DNA from: Octopus sinensis
Taxonomy: Eukaryota
Direction: 5' to 3'
DNA: 64,000 bases
NCBI RefSeq assembly: GCF_006345805.1
Contig: NC_043012.1
Span: forward strand, 49,476,001 to 49,540,000
Each line of letters begins with the position of its first letter. Position 1 is the stretch's first letter. Shown piece by piece: positions 53,766 through 64,000 of this stretch. Under the pieces are notes generated by a model. It saw nothing but the letters and a program-made list of their open reading frames with translations, was not told the DNA's origin and did not search any database. The translations under genes and the position numbers were made by a program.

Positions 53766-54007
53766 CTTTTAAAGCCTAGCCAGGCTCATGGGCCCGGTTT
53801 CCCGGTTTCTATGGTGTATGTGTTCCCCAGCTGGACGGGATGCCAGTCCATCGCAGCGTTACTCATTTTTGCCAGCTGAGTGGACTGGAGCAACGGGAAA
53901 TGAAGTGTTTTGCTCAAGAACACAATGCGTCGCCCGGTGCAGGAATCGAAACCACAATCTTACGATCATGGTGCTGATACCCTAACCATGAAGCCTCATG
54001 CCTCCAC
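53766..54007 (-). mobile_element. tRNA-derived SINE, family C head with alternative tail
   Basis: CAGCTGAGTGGACTGGAGCAAC block shared with family C; tail GGCCCGGTTTCCCGGTTTC shared with 63552-63834. Confidence 0.8.
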
Positions 54008-56117
54008 TGTCTTCTAAATATCACTTGATTATCATAATTACTATTATTTCTATTTCTATTAAACTATCTTTCGGTCGTTGTCTTTTAAAGCGACTCGATA
54101 CATTCTGAGAAGAAAAAAATAATATAAAATAAGAAAGAAGTTTTATTTATTCCCCAGAAGCTAAAACTTTCGCTTGACATCCTACTCGACTCATTGTAAC
54201 AATTTCGGAATTGTGCGGTAAATAAACAATTGTCAAATATCATTTGAGTTGAGCGCTACAACTCAAGGACTCAGTTTCTATTTATAATTATGTGTATGCG
54301 TTAGAGAGAGAAAGAGAAGGGTATGTGTGTGTGTATGTGAGTTAGTTTGTCAGCAGACAGTTTAATGCACGGAATTCTGCTTTGCTTTTTTATATTGATA
54401 ATTGAACAGTGGATTAAATGTTTTACAATACTTTTAATTTCGTCTTCAGTTATTTATCTGACATCAATAAAAAGCCGTGTAACTCCTTTCCATATTTCAA
54501 TCTAGAAGATTCAACGCATTCACTGAACTTTGGTTCTTGTCCGATACTAACATTCCTTGTTTCTACAATGCTAGCGTTGATGCAGTTGATTAAAATTGGC
54601 ATTGTTCAAATTATTTAGTTGGTTTTTTTTCTATCTATGTTTAAACTTGAGCAGTTTTGTCTTTTTGTCGACATCAGAAGTATCAGTTATATACAGGTAA
54701 GAGTTTCCCCGACGGATACCTCCCAAATCAAAGAGGGTATTCTATTATGTGTTCGCTCGACTTGCTAGCAATAGCAGCCAATCTTCCATCAACTAATAAT
54801 ACTACCGTCTTCAAAACTTTGCAACTTTGGATTCAAAGTACCAGTGTAAAAGTCGGTATAATTATAACAGAAATACCTTTGATTATAGATCTGAGTGATC
54901 AAGTCTGATCTAAAATAAACATGTAAGTTATAGCATCTTCTAAAAAATACTTGCATACTGGCGTCGGACTTAATGGAAATAAATTTTTACTTTAGTATAC
55001 TATGCTTAATGTTTTAGAGCACGATGATATTTTGAGTTCGGTAACAAATTTTTATTTTCAGATGAAGATATTTCATTACCCCTACGTCATTTGATAGCTT
55101 TAGGAAAGGCAGAAATAACATTATTTTCATAAATCCTCTCTTATAAAATATGAAACCATTGTATTTGATAGAAAGAGATAAATCAATATTTATTTCATTG
55201 TGCCCGAGGTTGGTATTGTCTGCGATACCTCTGGTGACGATAAAATAACTATTATTAATATGGCAAACTATATTCAATTGATTATATACTTCCCTGTTGT
55301 CAATATTTAATTTGTGCCTCACCAAAAGAAACCAATGTAATAGCTATTTCAGGCGGAGATTGGGAAACAGTAAAAACTTCTGATTAAATATAACTTTACT
55401 ATATTTGTTTTCGTCCCTATACGCTCTGAGTTCAAACTCTATCTGTGTTAAAGTGCCACCTCTCTCCCCTCTGGTGTTGTTAATATAATTTCAAGTAATG
55501 TGAAGTACATGTTATTGACTGTAGTTCTCCCTTTTCAAAAGTATGTTACGAATTTAATGTTCATCTCAAGGGTAATGACAATGTAAATAATAGCATAAAA
55601 GGTCACTTGTATCGTATATGAGAAGCAAAGCAACGATTTTTGGTTATTAATTCTAAAATAAGCCTTGATAACTGGAATTTAGTTGAATAGTTGGAATGAT
55701 AATTTAACCAGACTAGAAAAGGCCAAACTTCAACATCAATGAAGCGAAACATATTTTATCTGTTCTCAGGCAGGAACGATGAAGGCAGGTACGAAAACAT
55801 CGTGAAAAGGTAAGATCTAACGTTTCGAACATCGTATTTCGCCAGGTGAGTAAAATAAAACAAATACAAAACTAAAGAAGCTGAATGATATTGAAGGTTT
55901 AGGTGTAGATAAGTAAATAAGTAAGAAGGGGAAACTAAAGGAGCTAAGTACGAGCGATGACGTTGAAAGGAGAAGACTGAGAAAAGGGAGCGAGACAGAG
56001 AGAGGAGGAAAAAAATAATGCGAGACAGGAAAGCTATTGTAGGGTCTAAACGGTGAGTGAAAATATGGAAATTTAGAAGTGAAGAAAGAAAATCATTAAC
56101 CTCGAAATATCTCTCTG

Positions 56118-56490
56118 TACTCTCTTTTACTTGTTTCAGTCATTTGACTGCGACCATGCTGGAGCACCGCCCTTAGTCGAGCAAATCGACCCTAGGAATT
56201 ATTCTTTGTAAGCCTAGTACTTATTCTATCGGTGTTTTGCCGAACCGCTAAGTTACGGGGACATAAACACACCAGCATCGGTTGTCAAGTGATGTTGGGT
56301 GGGGGGACAAACACACACACACATATATACATAAACATATATACGACGGGCTTCTTTCAGTTTTCGTCTTCCAAATCCACTCACAAGGCTATGGCAGAAG
56401 ACACTTGCCCAAGAGGCCACGCAGTGGGACTGAACCCGGAACCATGTGGTTGGTAAGCAAGCTACTTAGAACACAGCCACTCCTACGCAT
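56118..56490 (-). mobile_element. SINE family A
   Basis: Full-length match to 1084-1495. Confidence 0.9.
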
Positions 56491-56995
56491 ATATGATATC
56501 TACTCATGCATATTCCCTTACTCTTATTTAGTTATTCTATGATCAATACTTTAAGTGAGAACAGCGTGAACTACGCTTCGGTGAAGAGGCCTGCTAAGAC
56601 CAAAAGTTGTGATGAGTTGTCTACCTTACTTGTGGAATTTCTTAAACCAACAAAAGCTAGTGATTTAGCTTTTTATATTTTTTTTCTCATCGGAGGAGTA
56701 TTTCTTATTAGCTTTTAAAGGTTAGCAATACTAACTGTACTGAATCAGACTGAATCCACCTTTATGTTGCGCTCTTAAGGGAAGATTTCGCTTCAAATGC
56801 CGCTGTGATTTCAAAAGTTTCAAACTTTCTCCTCATAATTTATGTCTACTTTTTATAATATAATTCGCATACAAGGATCACTTGACGTATATTATACTTT
56901 TACACGATCTCTCTCAATCTCTCTCTCTTCTATCCTTCTCTTCTCCCATCTCTCCCTTCCTCTCGTCTCTCACCCTCTCCCTTTCTTCTTGTTGT

Positions 56996-57440
56996 TCGGC
57001 TATGGTGAAAGAATGTATCTGGTGGACGCGTCTGAAAGGATTGGAGACAAACACTTTCCTCTCTGGTCAACCTCTCATCAACTTCTTCAAGTACCACTTG
57101 AAAAGGAAAGTGAGAGTAGAGGGGCAAGTTTTGTCTAGCGAATGTTTCAAAAAAAGATGGGTGAATGTAGCAAGGATGGCACTATGAATGACGAAGCCAC
57201 CTTGAGCATAATCCTATGAACCCGGAAAATTTAAAACCGACGGTTACCTACTTGCAAACAAATGTTGTAACATGTAACATTATTGACCGAAGTTACCGTG
57301 GTCTTTTCCGTAGGCTATTCTTTCCAAGGATAAACCTTATCTGTTACCTCTTCTTTCCCTTTTCCGATCCCTTTTGATCGAAAACCTACCCCACTTTTTT
57401 TCTCTCACCCAAAAAGGAAAAGCTCTACTTAGTAATCTAT
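56996..57440 (+). mobile_element. L1/Tx1 3' fragment, same family as 51065-52900
   Basis: AMVKECIWWTRLKGLETNTFLSGQPLINFFKYHLKRKVRV; followed by (CTGT)n. Confidence 0.92.
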
Positions 57441-57492
57441 CCCGTCTTTGTAATATCTGCCTTTCTCTGTCTGTTTGTCCGTCTGTCTGTCC

Positions 57493-57585
<93 letters not shown>

Positions 57586-58836
57586 TATGTATCTATACAT
57601 ACGTCACTGTTTTCATATGCATGTGTTGTGAGTATGTGTGTGTGTGTATTTGATTTTTCGTCTATGTTCCATTTTTTTAATGTTTCTTTGAGCAAAATTC
57701 TACATTGTATATATATGAATTTAATGGATGCTTTCTTAATCTGCTCCACGGAAATATATCCATGCATATGCACCTACATACATATATACATGCATGCATA
57801 CATGCATACATACATACATTCACATGCACGCTCATATTTTGTCACCAGCACAACTTCAGTCACATCATCTACTCCCACTATGTTACACTCCCGTCTCTGG
57901 TATGTCCATTAACACTGCAATTACGACCGTCACCACGGCTAATTTTACAATCACTATTTAATTTCACTTTGCTCGCCATTGATACTGCTAATGTTTCATT
58001 GGGAAATAGTCGTTGGCAAATAAAAACGACTTAATAGCTTCAACACAATCCAATATTCTCGGCATGCACCAAACCGAACTCGATTCAGAAAATTTACTAT
58101 TAAATATTTATAGTGTACACACGGAATAAAACAGAAAACAGAAAACGGCCGAACACTTAATATACATTTATAAATAACATCCACATGCACAGGCTCGAAA
58201 CTGTCACCGAGAATATAGGAACATGAAAGGCTGAAAGGGACACTCGGATGTTAGTTTTCATATATAAACAACAGCTGGCTTAAATCTTACGCTTGGATCT
58301 GACTTGTTTTACGACATCTTTCTTAGATTCGCCATGTGCGAACTGTAAGTATGGCTTTAATATAACAAGGGAGTTCTTTGTTTGATTGAGTTTGTGCTGT
58401 TAAAATCGTGTTATTCTTGAGGGCGTGTATTGGTAGAATCGTTATAAGGTCGGGCACAATACCTTGCGGAACTTAGTTACTATTGCCTTTATTCAATGTT
58501 CGAATCCTTTCATTAACTTTCATTAACTTAACATTAACTTTCATAATTCAAGTTTCTGTTCTTGGTAGTATTTAATCCCTTTTCATTTCCGATTAAGCAA
58601 ATGATTAAAATAATTCCAGATTTTATAATGATGTCTTATATTTTATTTTTTGTACATATATTATTATATCTAGAGACCGCCAAAAATGTATACACACTTC
58701 AGGAAAAGATAAAATCTGTATCAGTTATTCAGTGTTATCACAATTTGATAAAACATCGAAAGAAGTAGGGGTACTTGTACAACTGAAATATCTGTACAGA
58801 TTTTCCCTTTCCTGAGTTTGTATACATTTCTCTGCA

Positions 58837-59350
58837 CCGTAAATCCTCGAGTATAGTCCGCCCTTGAGTATAATACGCAGGGGATTTTTAGGGGGTAGTA
58901 CTTCTGAAAAACCTAAACCTTGTGTATAATACGCACTCCTTCTCTAACTTGAGTCGTGCATAATTAAGCCAGCAGCACCTAGTCGAACAAACACTTCCGC
59001 ACATGTGTAATACAATAATGGTGTTAACTGTTACATAGGAACGTAAATATGTTTGCAAATTGTTTTTGTTACATTATTCTGTGTTCTGAATACTTTTATT
59101 TTAATAAATATTGCTTACAGCAAGTTATAGATGATTCTTTTATGACTTCATTGCTTTCAGGCTTAGCTTAAAGGTATTTTCGCGCTCGACATCACAAAAT
59201 GCGTCTGAACAAACATTAACAGACAGCAAATAGAGACTCGGACAAGGCTTAGATAGTATTTTTCATTTTTAACCTCGTATATAGTACGCACTAGAGATTT
59301 TGACCATTAAATTTTGGGAAAAAATGCGGATTATACTCGAGGATTTACGG
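58837..59350. mobile_element. Tc1/mariner-superfamily (pogo/Tc2-type) MITE
   Basis: TIRs CCGTAAATCCTCGAGTATAGTCCGC / GCGGATTATACTCGAGGATTTACGG; TA on the right, CA on the left. Confidence 0.85.
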
Positions 59351-60511
59351 TATATTATACTTAAGAGTAATGAAATTAATTGGGTTGAGTTTAAAGTGTA
59401 AATGCGGAAATACTTCCTGTAACGAGGCAATAACTTCCGGTTGTAGCCCATCTATAGGAATCTATTGGTTTGCGACTACTAGTAGATGCTTCACGTGATT
59501 TTTAAAACTTTTAGATATAGTTATATTTGGGTATGGTCATATTTTTGCGAATTAAGCACACGCACTATATCCTTGGTCCTCACTCAGCTTTATTGTTATT
59601 ATTCATATTTTAGTGTCCTCTGTCATAAATCTTTCGTCACAAATCCTGTGACCTCTTAAACGAATCTCCATTACATGGAAGTGTTCTGTTTAACAGTTCC
59701 ATACATATACGCTGGCTTGTGACACATGGAAACTCGATTTTTTGTCTCCACTAACAGCAAAGGTTTTATGCCTATTTCTAACATAATTGTAAAGCTACTG
59801 AGATTTCGATGGGTTTGCGGACATGGACTGTATTGGATTTGATTATATTATCAACAGGACTTGACTCGTAATTAACCAATTTATGGAGCCTAGAACAAAG
59901 GCCGTATAGTATAAAATAAGACTAAGAACATCTAGTGAAGCAGAATTTGAACCCCGAAAGTTGGAGAGAAAACAGTCACCCACCCCGATTAAAACGACCT
60001 ACCTTCACTTAGATGCCGCTAGAGATGTTCACTCTATTTCGAGCATTCAGACGAGGTTTCCCGTCTTTAGATAACATTATGTACTTCCTCCTGTCTGTCC
60101 AAATGACTATAAAAAAGGCCTTGAGCACTACCTACCCATCATTCTCTCATTGAGCGATTAATAAAAAAGCATGTAACTAAATACCACGAAGTATTTCGTC
60201 CGCTACTCTTACCTATTGTGCCATTAACCACTTTCCAAGTGATGTCTATGCAGTTTCAATAGTCAATAAAAATCCATTCACTTCAAATAGGCCACTGAAA
60301 GCCGTCAGAATATTATGAACACAACAGTATCCAATTTCTGTTTTCATTAACTGCCTTGTCAGAAAGAGGCTAATGTATGTTCAGCTGATTTTATTTCTGT
60401 TTACGAATGTGTTTGTTATATGCGGGCCATTGTATTTCCATGCCATTCTGCATTGTCATGTGAATGTTTGTATATATGTTTACTCGTGATGGGTTCTCTG
60501 TTGTATTTAGG

Positions 60512-60607
<96 letters not shown>

Positions 60608-60672
60608 GTCTGTCTACCTACACGCGTGCGCACACACTCAGTCACATATGTTTGTCAATCTGTCAGTATGTA

Positions 60673-61964
60673 CGAGGGGCGTTCAATAAGTAATGCCCCT
60701 GACCCACTTCCCATAGCAGTAGAGCAACGAAACTTGGAACAGTTATTAGTCTTTTTCTACATAGGAACCACCCAGAGTTACGCATTTCTCCCATCGTTTG
60801 ATGCAGCTCTGAAGACCGTTTTAGTAGAAGACCCCAGCTTGGTCCTCCAACCACGACGTGACTTCAGAAATCAAGGCTGCATCATCTGAGAAACGCTTTC
60901 CTTTCAAAAACAACTTCATGGCTGGGAAGAGGTGAAAATCAGAGGGTGCAAGGTCAGGAGAGTAGGGGGGATGGGGATGAGTTCATAGCCGCACGCCTGT
61001 GCTTCTGATCTGGCAACACGCGAGTTGTGGATCGGAGCGTTGTCCTGCAGGAGGAGGATGCCTTTGCTGATCTTGCCCCGCCTCTTGATTTTGATAGCTT
61101 CTCTTAATTTCCTCAAAAGTGAAGCATAATAGACTCCTGTAATTGTGGTACCCTTTGCCAGGAAATCTGTCTTCACTACTCCGTCCTGGTCCCAGAAGAC
61201 TGTAAGCATGACCTTGCCAGCGGAGGGCTGCACCCTTGCCTTCTTTGGAGGAGGTGAGTCACGGTGCTTCTACTGAATTGACTGGGCTTTGGTCTCTGGA
61301 TCATGGTGATGGACCCAGGTTTTATCCTATGCAATCAGTATTTTGAAAAATTTTGACTCATCTTCTTGGCACATCTCCAAATTCATCCTCGAGCAATCGA
61401 CGCGTTCTTGCTTCCGGAAAGGTGTGAGCAAGCTGGGAATCCATCTGGCAGACACCTTTTGCATATGCAAATGGTCATGAATGATAGTTTCCACAGACCC
61501 GGTACTAATCTTGACCTCATGGGCTATTTGGTGAATAGTTATGCGTCGATCTTCCAAAATGGCAGCCTCAACTTGACAGACAGATGCCTCATCAATGGCA
61601 GAAGGGGGTCGACCAGATCTGGGAGCTGTTTCCACAGAGTTCCGACCATGTTTGAATTCACGATGCCAGCGTTTTACAAGTTCATATGATGGGGCATCAT
61701 CACCATAAGTTACTTTCATTTCATCAAAAGTCTCCCGTGGTGTGCGTCCTTTCAAATACAAAAACCGGATCACTGCTCGACACTCAACATGCTCCATTTC
61801 ACACTTGATTCAGTTCAAACACCTGTAAATCGGAAACCACAATTAGTTCAGAGCTGTAATTTGCCACTTAATCTATAGAGATATAAATAATTGCACATGC
61901 AAAATTTCAGCTAGAACAAACAACTGCAAGTGGGTCAGAGGCATTACTTATTGAACGTCCCTCG
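60673..61964 (-). mobile_element. Near-complete mariner transposon (irritans-like), TA TSD
   Basis: TIRs CGAGGGGCGTTCAATAAGTAATGCC / GGCATTACTTATTGAACGTCCCTCG, both flanked by TA. Confidence 0.95.
60746..61797 (-). pseudogene. Mariner DD34D transposase with stops and a frameshift
   Basis: MEHVECRAVIRFLYLKG...SGRP...KVSARWIP..LT...DKTWVH...AGKVMLTVFWD...LLQDNAPIH, and in a shifted frame PYSPDLAPSDFHLF. Confidence 0.93.
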
Positions 61965-62071
61965 TATTATGTTCATTTTCCAGTTACTATCTCGAAGCAG
62001 GATAAAATCAGTAGAATAGTCTTATGTCTGTATGTATGTGTATATATGTGTGTGCTCGTGCGTGTGTGTAT

Positions 62072-62385
62072 GTGAAAGTGCACGACTTAGTGGTCAAGGT
62101 ATTCGGTCACTATTGTAGGGCCGAGAGTTCGATTACCGGCGGCGTATTGCGTCCTTGAGCTGGACATTTTATTTGACGCCAGTTCACTCAGCTGGCAAAA
62201 GTGAATGGTCCCTGTACTTCAAATGACCAGCCTTGTCCCATTCTAATTCAAGCTGTATCTCCATGCGAACTAAGGCAAGAGAAAGCGTATTTGTGGAGGG
62301 CTCAACCTCTTGTTAATTTCACTAGCAGATTGTTCCGTTGATTGGATCAGCTGGAACTTTCTCGTCGTTGTAACCGACAGAGTGG
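62072..62385 (+). mobile_element. SINE family C, diverged
   Basis: GACTTAGTGGTCAAGG, GAGTTCGATT and GCGTCCTTGAGC blocks. Confidence 0.8.
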
Positions 62386-62589
62386 CAGTATATATATATA
62401 TATATATATAAATAATAAATATTAGGGAATAAATCCAAATTTACAGGGAAAAAATCAGATTTAGGATTAAATCCAATTTTATAGTAAAATATTATAAAAT
62501 ATTATTAGAGACAAAACCACTATTTTGCAAAACAAACAAGGAAAGACTTAATCAATACATAAAATTTTAATAAATAGTCAAAAAAACCG

Positions 62590-62632
62590 CCACTACAATC
62601 GTTTCTTGTCTTGATCGACAATCTTCAGGTGG
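62590..62632 (-). ncRNA. Type I hammerhead ribozyme at the start of a pLTR-like segment (62410-62636) ending in (TA)n
   Basis: CCAC-CTGAAGA-TTGTC(GATCAA)GACAA-GAA-AC(GATT)GT-A-GTGG: core complete, three helices paired, GUA cleavage triplet; helix II closed by U-A rather than G-C. Confidence 0.8.
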
Positions 62633-62636
62633 ACTT

Positions 62637-62856
62637 CCAATCTAAGAATAAAATGTGATACTTGATCCTTCTTAGTCCCTTCAATGAAGCAATCAGAGTC
62701 AGCTACTAGGCTCAAGTCTTTGACCAGATCAGTCAAAGCCATAAAGTCATCACCAGCACCAAGCACTCGAATGAGAAAGTCTAGGCGTTTGAAAGCAAAT
62801 TTCTCCAATTTTTCCAGGGAAATATTTCCAGAAGGAGGTTTTATATAAAATGACAT
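62637..62856 (-). pseudogene. PRIM2: N-terminal fragment (73 codons) of a DNA primase large subunit (PRIM2)-like gene, truncated at the HHR segment
   Basis: MSFYIKPPSGNISLEKLEKFAFKRLDFL...KKDQVSHFILRL resembles PRIM2 [26 protein letters not shown]...RRDHISHFILRL (recalled). The shorter N-terminus suggests a PRIM2-like paralog. Homology stops at RL with no good GT donor. Confidence 0.75.
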
Positions 62857-63030
62857 CTTGGAGTTTTGAAGTTTTCAGCTCTCTTCTTAACGACCAAAAT
62901 AGAAACTTTATAGTCATCTTCGTGCTAAAGAGCGGTCTGAGTCCAGATCTTCCATCATATCACCCATCAGACTTAAATAACTGTTGTTGTTGTTGGTGTG
63001 ATAAATAAACATTTAGCCAACATTGTGGAA

Positions 63031-63044
63031 TTCAAATTCGCGGC
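63031..63044 (-). promoter_or_regulatory. Putative E2F plus CHR-like cell-cycle promoter motif
   Basis: GCCGCGAATTTGAA on - strand, about 175 nt upstream of the PRIM2-like ATG; GC-rich E2F/CDE-like site abutting TTTGAA. Confidence 0.45.
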
Positions 63045-63081
63045 ATTGTTACTGTAAGTAACAATGTTACTTACAGTAACA

Positions 63082-63083
<2 letters not shown>
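63045..63083. repeat. Perfect 18-bp inverted repeat with 3-nt loop
   Basis: ATTGTTACTGTAAGTAAC-AAT-GTTACTTACAGTAACAAT, followed by (TA)n. Confidence 0.95.
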
Positions 63084-63124
<41 letters not shown>

Positions 63125-63551
63125 GGGGGGGGGTGTTTGTGTGTATACATACAGGTATTTTCCCCCGCTAATCTTCAGCTATAGGTTAACATCTGCTGGG
63201 CAGCTGATTTCCACCACTGTACACCGTTTCTCTTCCCTCTTCCAAATCAGTATTTCAGGTCTGCTATGTTTTCCATTTTATTGAGGCTTCCTCTGGGACG
63301 AGTGGCTATAGCTTCTACTATATAATGGGTTCATACCTCGTTGGCCTCAGGTTTATCCTTCCGGCGGATCGCATTATATAATGTCTTAGTTACATTATGT
63401 AGTTATTACCGTGATGACATTTTCAAATATATGTATGTATATTTGTATGTCCGTATGCCTCAAAATAGAAGATTTGATGAATGAACAGATTTATATAATT
63501 TATATAATTGTCTATGCAAACATGTATTTTGTTGTTTGTTCCTTCTCGAGC

Positions 63552-63834
63552 CATTCCTGGCTAATAAGGGCCGGTTTCCCGGTTTCTTGGCGTATAGGTT
63601 CCCCACCTGGACGGGACGCCAGCTCATCGCAGGTGAGCTGCAAGATGCAGGAGGAAAGAGTAAGAGAAAGTTGTGGCGAAGAGTCAGCAGAAGTTCGTCA
63701 TTACCTTCCGCCGGAGCCGCGTGGTGCTTAGGTATTTTCTCTCATAAATACACACATCGCCCAGTCTGAGATTCGAACCCGCGATCCCTCGACCGCGAGT
63801 CCGCTGCTCTAACCACTAAGCCATGTGCCTCCAC
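63552..63834 (-). mobile_element. tRNA-derived SINE family D
   Basis: Reverse strand GTGGAGGCACATGGCTTAGTGGTTAGAGCAGCGGACTCGCGGTCGAGGGATCGCGGGTTCGAATCTCAG is a tRNA-like head. Confidence 0.88.
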
Positions 63835-64000
63835 AAGCATGTATTTTGTGGATATGACCGAACCAAGAGTTTAATGTATTAGCTTTGGAGTGATGAGCTT
63901 CTAGTTTGAATTCACTGTTTGTTATTCGAGCAAGCATCTTTCACGAAGGCCCTGCGTTGACTGCAGTTAAGTAGCTAGAAACTGCACGAAACCCAGCTGG

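Noticed and set aside
54650-55325. CUB-like FPDGYLPNQ (+) and a 103-aa ORF (-)
   Set aside because: A single short motif without the conserved cysteines or tryptophan; no corroborating exon.
55815-55850. HHR-like CTGGCGA...ATGTTC-GAAACGTTA on the - strand
   Set aside because: Helix I does not pair and helix II is incomplete.
58185-58206. GCACAGGCTC-GAAAC-T-GTC, a possible 3' half of a hammerhead
   Set aside because: The CTGANGA half and the 5' helix strands are absent.

Overview
This is 64 kb of AT-rich eukaryotic, essentially intergenic DNA. The SINE families and microsatellite load point to a cephalopod (Octopus-like), which is an inference from repeat content. Nearly all ORF-track entries are microsatellite translation artefacts. 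Supported content: many tRNA-derived SINEs (at least 4 families); decayed LINEs (CR1 x3, RTE, R4/Dong, L1/Tx1 x4); mariner and Tc1 remnants, including one near-complete mariner; two MITEs; a 28S rRNA fragment; and one host-gene fragment, the N-terminus of a DNA primase large subunit (PRIM2)-like protein. The main signal outside the ORF track is a set of type I hammerhead ribozyme (HHR) motifs from several unrelated sequence families. Most sit in Penelope-like element (PLE) pseudo-LTR-type segments ending in (TA)n. Two occur as outward-facing inverted pairs, one enclosing the PLE's own GIY-YIG ORF and one a Tc1 transposase fragment. A third HHR segment is fused directly to the PRIM2-like coding fragment. 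One PLE splits an R4 coding sequence and has (TA)n at both junctions. Together this suggests an HHR/PLE-driven system that captures RNA and seeds (TA)n tracts. All calls were made by eye without databases, and coordinates of decayed repeats are approximate.
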